Source: a virus. Taken from it: a stretch of DNA of 64,000 nt. Where the stretch lies: positions 1 to 64,000 of the IMG/VR virus record IMGVR_UViG_3300044957_000346, one strand, 5' to 3'. The position numbers and the translations under genes are program-made. Below, piece after piece: positions 57,816 through 64,000 of this stretch (position 1 is its first letter; each line of letters starts with the position of its first letter). The notes beneath the pieces are model-generated. The model searched no databases. It had not been told where the DNA came from and saw only the letters and a program-made list of their open reading frames with translations.

Positions 57816-58397
57816 ATGGGAATGTTTGATGACATAACGTGTAAATATCCCCTTCCTTTACCCGCAGATACCAAAGGATATTTTCCAGAAAACTTTCAAA
57901 CCAAAGATTTTGACTGTGCCTTGGATTTTTATGAAATCCGTGAAGACGGTACACTCTGGCTTCGTGAATGTGAACGAGAATACATTGGGGGCGACCCCAA
58001 AGGTAAAACTTGGTCAGAAAAGCGTGGTGTTGTAAAAGAAACCAAAGTTTGGTGGACTCAAGTAAATGCGACAAAAACGATTAGTATGTATAATTCCCAA
58101 CGAGGTGACGGTGAATATGATTATTGGATTGAATTTTTAATTGTGTTTGTTAACGGCGTTGTTGATAAGATTGATCTTGTAGAGTTTGACGCAACTGATA
58201 ATGGTGAAAGAAAAGAATCATACAAGAAATTTGCAGAGGAAATGAAACTTAGGATGGAGTTTGAAAAAACACTACGATATAAAATGTTTTACGGACCATA
58301 CAATAAAATCTTAAGGTTTGTTTTTAAATTAGCGTCTAAAGTCAACGGATACATTTGTAATAACTTATGGAAGTGGGAAAGAAAATTGAGCATATGA
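57816..58397 (+). CDS. Conserved hypothetical protein
   Basis: MGMFD..C..FQTKD..C..Y.I..DG.L..F..G motif. Confidence 0.65.
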   Translation: MGMFDDITCKYPLPLPADTKGYFPENFQTKDFDCALDFYEIREDGTLWLRECEREYIGGDPKGKTWSEKRGVVKETKVWWTQVNATKTISMYNSQRGDGEYDYWIEFLIVFVNGVVDKIDLVEFDATDNGERKESYKKFAEEMKLRMEFEKTLRYKMFYGPYNKILRFVFKLASKVNGYICNNLWKWERKLSI

Positions 58398-58651
58398 AGG
58401 ATCAAGATTCAAAATTTTTGATATGCGACTGTTTCAGTCACGGACTCCTTGTTGAAAAATTTAAAGATGAAGAGGAAATCAGCATCAGCGTGTTTGAACG
58501 AGGCTTAGAAGGGCGAATCTTGTCTTGGAAAGAAAGACTAAGATGGTGCTGGCAAATCATTAGACATGGAAGACCGTGGTCAGATTTTGTGATATTAAAC
58601 ATTGAGAATCAAAAAAAATTAAAAGAGTTTTTACGTGCATCTACTAAATAA
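58394..58651 (+). CDS. Hypothetical protein
   Basis: CDC..H motif; ATGA-coupled. Confidence 0.55.
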   Translation: MKDQDSKFLICDCFSHGLLVEKFKDEEEISISVFERGLEGRILSWKERLRWCWQIIRHGRPWSDFVILNIENQKKLKEFLRASTK

Positions 58652-59171
58652 AACAAAAACCTACCTTGTAGGACATATGCAATATGCGGATGGATCTAGT
58701 TGGAGACGATATGTTAGACAACAATTGTCCCCAATGGGTATTACGGTATTCGATCCATATGACAAACCTTTTATTAAAGATGTGGCTGAAGGATATGAAA
58801 TCAGAAAGTCGTTGTCAGAACTGATATCTAACAACAAATATGATGATGTGCAAGAAAGAATGAAAGAAATTCGCATTTACGATTTAAATTTGGTAGATAG
58901 AAGTGATTTTATTATTGCACATATTCTTCCAGAAGTTGCTAGTTGGGGAAGTGCGGAAGAATTAGTAACCGCTAATAGATCAAAGAAACCCATATTCTTA
59001 AGCGTAGAAGGTGGAAAAAATAAATGTCCATTATGGATATTGGGAATGTTGCCTCACAGATATGTATATAATAGCTTATCGGAGATAATATCAACAATAA
59101 TCGGAATAAACAGTGGATTTGTTGAGATCGATAGTGCTAGATGGAGACTACTAAGGGAGGAATATAGATAA
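58635..59171 (+). CDS. Nucleoside 2-deoxyribosyltransferase-like protein
   Basis: YLVGHM, WR, VFDP, DL..VDRSD, SWGSAEE, KP. Confidence 0.75.
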   Translation: MHLLNKTKTYLVGHMQYADGSSWRRYVRQQLSPMGITVFDPYDKPFIKDVAEGYEIRKSLSELISNNKYDDVQERMKEIRIYDLNLVDRSDFIIAHILPEVASWGSAEELVTANRSKKPIFLSVEGGKNKCPLWILGMLPHRYVYNSLSEIISTIIGINSGFVEIDSARWRLLREEYR

Positions 59172-59363
59172 CATGAATCCAAACGAATTTGAAAGAACAA
59201 AACCTACAATAACTATGAAAAAAATCAATGACCCAATAAAACTCATTGATGAAGAACGAGTCAAAACCGAAATTTTATATATAGAGATAGAATTAGAAGT
59301 CTTGAGGACATCAGCTTACTAATTAAAGATATGAAAACTAGTTTTAAAAAAGGAGAATAATTT

Positions 59364-59729
59364 ATGAATAAAAATGGACAAAAAATTTTAATGTATGCCG
59401 AGGTTGGTAGAAAACTATCGGAAGTTCAAGATACATATGTTACTAATATTGTTGATGAACTATTAAAAATTCATCCGGACATCAACGAAATTAATCCAGA
59501 GGATTCGGCGGAAAATTGGGCATATGATATTATAAATGCTAGTGATAATCACGAAGTTATTGAAACTTTAAATAGATTAAACGATATCTTACAAGAAAAA
59601 AGAAGCACAAATAAAGAATTGTCAAAAGAAGAAAGATTAAATATTAAAAATAAGGAGTTAATGGAGTATATTGGTAAACTTGAAAGAGAGTTGTCAATAG
59701 TAAAATCCGTTCATGAAAGTAATTATTAA
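59364..59729 (+). CDS. Hypothetical protein
   Basis: GGAG ribosome-binding site upstream; followed by a terminator. Confidence 0.6.
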   Translation: MNKNGQKILMYAEVGRKLSEVQDTYVTNIVDELLKIHPDINEINPEDSAENWAYDIINASDNHEVIETLNRLNDILQEKRSTNKELSKEERLNIKNKELMEYIGKLERELSIVKSVHESNY

Positions 59730-59733
59730 TTTC

Positions 59734-59760
59734 AATCCGCTTCGGCGGGTTTTTTTATTT
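59734..59760 (+). terminator. Intrinsic terminator
   Basis: AATCCGC-TTCG-GCGGGTT hairpin followed by a T-run. Confidence 0.85.
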
Positions 59761-59762
59761 CT

Positions 59763-59790
59763 TTGACTTCCATGAAATTTGTGGTATGAT
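59763..59790 (+). promoter_or_regulatory. sigma70-like promoter
   Basis: TTGACT-N16-(TG.)TATGAT, 6 nt before ATG 59797. Confidence 0.6.
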
Positions 59791-59796
59791 GACTAT

Positions 59797-60048
59797 ATGA
59801 TTAACTGTGGATGTGGAAAAGAAATTCATTCTGAGCGTCATGCTTTGGGATACAAGGTGTGTCTTGACTGTGGAGACAAACATGCTATTAAAAATAAAAA
59901 ATATGGTTATGTCAGTTATGGACACAAAACTGCTGGTGCTATTGTAGTGACCAGTAAAAAAGCGTTTGATAACTATACTAAAGTGAGTTATCGAATGGGT
60001 AAATCGAGTAATATGGGATATGCAAGTCGTTTGACCACATCATTTTAA
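59797..60048 (+). CDS. Small zinc-finger protein (DksA/TraR-like C4)
   Basis: CGCG.EI..ER..LG..VCLDC. Confidence 0.6.
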   Translation: MINCGCGKEIHSERHALGYKVCLDCGDKHAIKNKKYGYVSYGHKTAGAIVVTSKKAFDNYTKVSYRMGKSSNMGYASRLTTSF

Positions 60049-60060
60049 TATTTATTATAC

Positions 60061-60315
60061 ATGACATCTAAACAATATAAAATTGCATACGATAAGTTGT
60101 TTAATCAATTGCCTAAGCGGAAACAATTGGCGGTCAAAGAGGATAGTAAAAAAAACAACTGGAGTGGTATTTTAACAGATTTTGTGAGGGGTGTTATTTA
60201 TAACGCTGAAAAAGAATTTGATCAGAATCAACTGACAATGGTTGATGAAGTTTCACCTTCTAATGCAGAAAAAGGAACAAAACCTTCAAAAAAATTGAAA
60301 AATAAAAAGATTTGA
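60061..60315 (+). CDS. Hypothetical protein
   Basis: 84-aa ORF; TATTTAT upstream. Confidence 0.5.
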   Translation: MTSKQYKIAYDKLFNQLPKRKQLAVKEDSKKNNWSGILTDFVRGVIYNAEKEFDQNQLTMVDEVSPSNAEKGTKPSKKLKNKKI

Positions 60316-60340
60316 CATTCTATAAAATCTTTACTACAGT
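60312..60340 (+). promoter_or_regulatory. sigma70-like promoter
   Basis: TTGACA-N17-TACAGT. Confidence 0.65.
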
Positions 60341-60349
60341 AAAGGTACT

Positions 60350-60889
60350 ATGAATGTTTTGGATCATCTTAAGTCTAGTTCTGTAGACGAAATCAAGAGT
60401 TACTGTAAGAATACATGTATTGATGCAGGGGCTGCAATGATGCACGTTGGTGGAGATTTTAATCTATCCACCTTGGTTCGTAATGCCAATTTTTTTGGAT
60501 TCAAGGAAGCATTTTATGTAGGGGGATCCAAGAAGTGGGACCGTCGTGGTACGGTTGGAACGCATCATTACACCGATCTTAAGCATATTAAGACCGAAGA
60601 AGACTTCATTACTTATTGTAAGTTGAATTCTTACACCATTATTTCTGTCGAGAATAACATCCCAGAGCACAGTGATAAGACCGTATCTATTTTCAATCAA
60701 TGGGTGTTTTCTGGAGTTGACAAGCCAATGTTCGTATTTGGAGAAGAAAAGATGGGATTGAGCAATTATATTCTTGAAAACAGTGAATTTATTATTACCG
60801 TCCCAGCTTTTGGTAGTGTACGTTCGTTGAATGTTGGAACAACTAGCGGAATCGTGATGTCTTTTTATAGAAACTGTAACAATATTTAA
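60350..60889 (+). CDS. SpoU/TrmH-family RNA 2'-O-methyltransferase
   Basis: N...LVRNA..FG, VFGEE..GLS, VP.FG.VRSLNV...GI. Confidence 0.88.
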   Translation: MNVLDHLKSSSVDEIKSYCKNTCIDAGAAMMHVGGDFNLSTLVRNANFFGFKEAFYVGGSKKWDRRGTVGTHHYTDLKHIKTEEDFITYCKLNSYTIISVENNIPEHSDKTVSIFNQWVFSGVDKPMFVFGEEKMGLSNYILENSEFIITVPAFGSVRSLNVGTTSGIVMSFYRNCNNI

Positions 60890-60903
60890 CAATAAATAAA
60901 AAT

Positions 60904-61116
60904 ATGAGTACACAAACTGTATATGATGGTAATGGTCGTAGGGCCGGATATTACAACGAAATGAGCAATGTCATTTATGCACACGACTCTAATGGTCGTA
61001 ATGTAGGATATTATAATAAAAGTACAAATACTACATTTGATAAAAATGGCAGACGATATGGTTTTGGAAATCTAGTTACTTCACTAATTATGGAGTCACA
61101 TCAAAATGGTCGTTGA
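60904..61116 (+). CDS. Small beta-hairpin repeat protein
   Basis: Three repeats: YDGNGRRAG / HDSNGRNVG / FDKNGRRYG. Confidence 0.6.
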   Translation: MSTQTVYDGNGRRAGYYNEMSNVIYAHDSNGRNVGYYNKSTNTTFDKNGRRYGFGNLVTSLIMESHQNGR

Positions 61117-61141
61117 CAAAAAGATAATTGTGTGGTAATAT
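61113..61141 (+). promoter_or_regulatory. sigma70-like promoter
   Basis: TTGACA-N17-TAATAT with upstream TG. Confidence 0.65.
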
Positions 61142-61182
61142 GAAGTTGTAGTCGGTAAACAAAATAAAAAAATATAAATAAA

Positions 61183-61443
61183 ATGAGCAATACAAATAAG
61201 ACTGGGCGTAAGCCTACTCAACTAAACGAAATCACTGACCGTGCTTTTACGGTTGTTGATTTGATCAACCTAAACACCAATGTTAAGGCTCTTACTGTTA
61301 GGATGTATGTTAAACGAAATGTTGAACAGGGGCGATATGTAATCACTGGTACATTTAAGAGTGGTAAGCGTGGTAAGCCTAGTACTACTTATACCTTCGT
61401 GCAGTCACAGACTGCAAATGTAACTGAAAAGATTGCTTCTTAA
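61183..61443 (+). CDS. Winged-helix-like small DNA-binding protein
   Basis: FTV.DL..TVR..V...G..GKRGKP..Y. Confidence 0.55.
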   Translation: MSNTNKTGRKPTQLNEITDRAFTVVDLINLNTNVKALTVRMYVKRNVEQGRYVITGTFKSGKRGKPSTTYTFVQSQTANVTEKIAS

Positions 61444-61527
61444 AAAATTATTTGGGGGTTATATACAAATAAAAATATATGACCTTTTAAATTTAAAATA
61501 TATTTATTATTAAAGATAAATACTAAC

Positions 61528-61683
61528 ATGGGAAAGAGTTGGAAAGATAAGAATCGTAGGGATAAGTGGGACAACTACGGTAAGGGTGGAGCCAAAAAGT
61601 CTAAGAAGTTTGGCCACAATCAAAGGTCAGTTAAACAAAATAATAAGTGGGACAATTATGAAGACTACTCAGAAGGTTATTGA
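61528..61683 (+). CDS. Small basic protein (51 aa)
   Basis: MGKSWKDK..; internal KWDNY repeat; below the ORF-track cutoff. Confidence 0.45.
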   Translation: MGKSWKDKNRRDKWDNYGKGGAKKSKKFGHNQRSVKQNNKWDNYEDYSEGY

Positions 61684-61840
61684 TAATCTAAAAAGTAAGA
61701 TTGTGGATCGTAAATTGCAAATGAATGACTCGTACAGTGAGTACATTTATAAGTCGGCAATTAAGTCAACTGTAAATGAAATGATTGGTCTCGAACCAGA
61801 GTATCTGGACACCAAAAATCTACCGCATGTAGGTCAATAA
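61658..61840 (+). CDS. Hypothetical protein
   Basis: Likely start ATG 61658; followed by a terminator. Confidence 0.45.
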   Translation: MKTTQKVIDNLKSKIVDRKLQMNDSYSEYIYKSAIKSTVNEMIGLEPEYLDTKNLPHVGQ

Positions 61841-61851
61841 TAAATAAATTT

Positions 61852-61876
61852 AAAGGTGGGTAAAACCACTTTTTTT
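61852..61876 (+). terminator. Intrinsic terminator
   Basis: AAAGGTGG-GTAAAA-CCACTTTT followed by a T-run. Confidence 0.7.
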
Positions 61877-61880
61877 GTTA

Positions 61881-61909
61881 TTGACTTTTTATATTGATTG
61901 TGTTATGAT
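61881..61909 (+). promoter_or_regulatory. sigma70-like promoter
   Basis: TTGACT-N17-TATGAT with TG, 6 nt before ATG 61916. Confidence 0.65.
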
Positions 61910-61915
61910 TTAATA

Positions 61916-62128
61916 ATGATTAACAATCAAGAATTATATTCTAAGAGCCTAAAGGATTGTCCGCCACAATATCGTATCGGTGATAAGGTAAAGACCAGTC
62001 AAGGTATCAGTTATATTAACGGACACGTTTTCAAGGAAAGAGAAAAAGTTTGGAAATATACAATGTATCCACATGGATTGAAAAATTTTTTAATTGATGT
62101 TGACACTGTATATGTAAAGGTAGAATAA
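61916..62128 (+). CDS. Small SH3/YorP-like protein
   Basis: PQYRIGDKV..G...I....WKY. Confidence 0.5.
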   Translation: MINNQELYSKSLKDCPPQYRIGDKVKTSQGISYINGHVFKEREKVWKYTMYPHGLKNFLIDVDTVYVKVE

Positions 62129-62131
62129 GTT

Positions 62132-62293
62132 ATGGAACCAGATTCAAATGAGCAAATTTTAGCGAATCTAATGGATAATATCAGAAATTTACATGAAGAA
62201 AACGCTAAGCTATCTCAAGAGGTTGAACGATTGCGAGAAGAAAATAAAGAATTAAATCGTAAATTAAAAAGTATACAAGCATTGTTCTTATGA
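62132..62293 (+). CDS. Small coiled-coil protein
   Basis: LHEENAKLSQEVERLREENKEL heptads. Confidence 0.5.
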   Translation: MEPDSNEQILANLMDNIRNLHEENAKLSQEVERLREENKELNRKLKSIQALFL

Positions 62294-62583
62294 AGAATAT
62301 TTTTTGGGAAAAATGTTCCTCCATCAATTATTGGTATGATGTTGATTTTGATTTATGTTGGAGTTGCATCACTGTTTGATAAAGGCGAAGAATGATTATA
62401 CATGTTCCAGACAACATAAAACAAAAATATCCAAACTTTGAGTTTAGAGGTAGACAAAAAGAAGTTAAGGGTAGAATTGTTATTGATGCGTTTAATCGTG
62501 CAACCGATCAAAGTTTTCAATATAGCTTTGACGAGGACTTTTTTTTGGTTTGCTGAACAATGTGAGGGTATGATAAACAATAG

Positions 62584-62616
62584 AACCCATTATTAATTTG
62601 ATGGGTTTTATTTTTT
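62584..62616 (+). terminator. Intrinsic terminator
   Basis: AACCCATTA..TGATGGGTT followed by a T-rich tail. Confidence 0.55.
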
Positions 62617-62652
62617 GTATATATTTATACTTTATAGGAATATTTTAAACTT

Positions 62653-63324
62653 ATGAGCGATAAACTAAACGAAACATTTGCAAAACATTCAGGTTTGTTA
62701 AAGAACAAACTAAATGAAGGATGGAATGACAATGAAGATAAGATGTTGGACTATCTTCAACGATTAGCAGACAATGATAGTGATAATTTTTATGATGCAA
62801 TGCGTGATTTCAAAGGATCATTTGGATACACACCAAGTATTCGTAAACGTACTTCTTCACACAGTTCTCGTCAATCATTGACTGGTAAAACATTGTATTT
62901 TTATAATGTACCATCTGACAAACAAAATGATGCGTATCGTTTGCTTAAGAAGACCAAGAGTGGAAAGTGGTATAGTCTTGTTCCAAATCCAGAAGCCGAT
63001 AAACTATTTGGAAAAGGTAGACCTTGGACCGCAAAACGATTGACACAGATTATCGAAGATTTAGCTAAACCACAAGTTAAAGAAGCTGTGGATCCATCTT
63101 TATTAAAATTAATAGATGAAGTTATACGCGACACAAATGTTTTGGTTGTAAATAACTTAAAAATAATAAAAAATATAATATCTAAAGAACCAATTGATAA
63201 AGCTAAATTGGATGTAGCTTTAAGTAATTATAAACGTTATTTTAATAGAGACAATGGTGGTACACCTGAAGTAATTCGTGGCACAACCATGCAAAGCAAA
63301 CTAGACAAATTATCAAACGGTTAA
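62653..63324 (+). CDS. Probable head-associated modular protein
   Basis: KLNE..KLNE N-terminal pattern; TATTTAT upstream. Confidence 0.5.
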   Translation: MSDKLNETFAKHSGLLKNKLNEGWNDNEDKMLDYLQRLADNDSDNFYDAMRDFKGSFGYTPSIRKRTSSHSSRQSLTGKTLYFYNVPSDKQNDAYRLLKKTKSGKWYSLVPNPEADKLFGKGRPWTAKRLTQIIEDLAKPQVKEAVDPSLLKLIDEVIRDTNVLVVNNLKIIKNIISKEPIDKAKLDVALSNYKRYFNRDNGGTPEVIRGTTMQSKLDKLSNG

Positions 63325-63580
63325 CTTGGATTGAAAACAGACATTCTACTATGGGTGAATCCAACATCGTTAAAGATATTGATGCAGGGTTTATTGCTGT
63401 AGGACAAAATTGGAACGGTAAACATGTGGTACAAACACAAAAGAGTGTACTGGACTTTTTTGGAAACCTATTACCCCGAAATATTTGAAAATAAAATAAA
63501 TCGGTAGGGTTTTTATTACTATGTATATGCTGATAGTCAATAACGGCTATCATAACACACACAAACACAAAAGGAAATAT

Positions 63581-63796
63581 ATGTCAGATAATAATAAAAC
63601 TCCCTACGAACTACGTTGGGATATATTGAGAGAAATGATCACCATCACTCAAAATGAGTGGTTCACAAAGAAAGATATTGCTGAACGTAATGCAGAAAAG
63701 AGTGGAAAACAAATAGAATATTTGGGCGACTTTCCTCTACAAACTGCGGTTGAAAGAGCGGAGAATGTATATAATCAATTCATCTGTAAGAAATAA
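63581..63796 (+). CDS. Conserved small phage protein
   Basis: KTPYELRWDIL..FP..AE..Y.FI; AAGGA ribosome-binding site before ATG 63581. Confidence 0.6.
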   Translation: MSDNNKTPYELRWDILREMITITQNEWFTKKDIAERNAEKSGKQIEYLGDFPLQTAVERAENVYNQFICKK

Positions 63797-63835
63797 TAAA
63801 TAAATAAAAAGTTAATGTTCCGTGTATTAAAACAC

Positions 63836-63864
63836 TTGACCACTGTGACCACCCGTGTTATAGT
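63836..63864 (+). promoter_or_regulatory. sigma70-like promoter within an inverted repeat
   Basis: TTGACC-N17-TATAGT; GACCACTGTGAC..GTTATAGTGGTC arms overlap the -35 and -10 boxes. Confidence 0.55.
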
Positions 63865-63902
63865 GGTCTTGTTATTGGTACACACAAGTAAATCAAAAAA
63901 CT

Positions 63903-64000
63903 ATGATTGAAAAATTGACTCAACTGCAACAAGATAATTTGCCCGGATACGTTAAAAAATGGGTTGATATTGGAATCAATACCGATGAGATTGACTTTTT
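63903..64000 (+). CDS. Hypothetical protein, partial
   Basis: MIEKLTQLQQDNLPGYVKKWVDIG..., runs off the window. Confidence 0.5.
   Translation, partial: MIEKLTQLQQDNLPGYVKKWVDIGINTDEIDF

Noticed and set aside
1-64000. tRNA or rRNA genes; eukaryotic giant-virus origin
   Set aside because: No cloverleaf or T-loop signatures were noticed by eye (tRNAscan-SE would settle it). Sigma70-type promoters, intrinsic terminators, overlapping operons and lysozyme point to a bacteriophage.

Overview
AT-rich segment of a large (jumbo/T4-like) dsDNA phage genome; no tRNA, rRNA or CRISPR array was recognised. It holds a replication module (family-B DNA polymerase, two sliding-clamp copies, clamp loader, SF2 helicase, Cas4/RecB-like nuclease) and a large glycosylation island (gmd, fcl, ColD-like, glf, rmlA, RmlD-like, about 15 glycosyltransferase-like genes, FkbM methyltransferases). 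It also holds probable head/virion polyproteins, host-like auxiliary genes (iscU, ppa, clpP, Dps-like, SpoU) and short early genes behind sigma70-type promoters. The most striking signal is six inteins. The clamp-loader ATPase is split into three genes and needs two different split inteins (one with an atypically short 28-aa N-fragment) to give a 318-aa protein. PolB is split at its catalytic YxDTD|S motif by a Ser1/Ser+1 split intein. IscU carries two inteins, each directly before an Fe-S-ligand cysteine. A probable virion protein carries the sixth. Downstream of polB are four versions of the polymerase C-terminal EFFxF tail and a 243-bp exact repeat that brackets a methyltransferase and a truncated clamp. 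Many accessory genes are decayed by internal deletions, frameshifts or in-frame stops. All calls come from reading motifs by eye; no database search was run.
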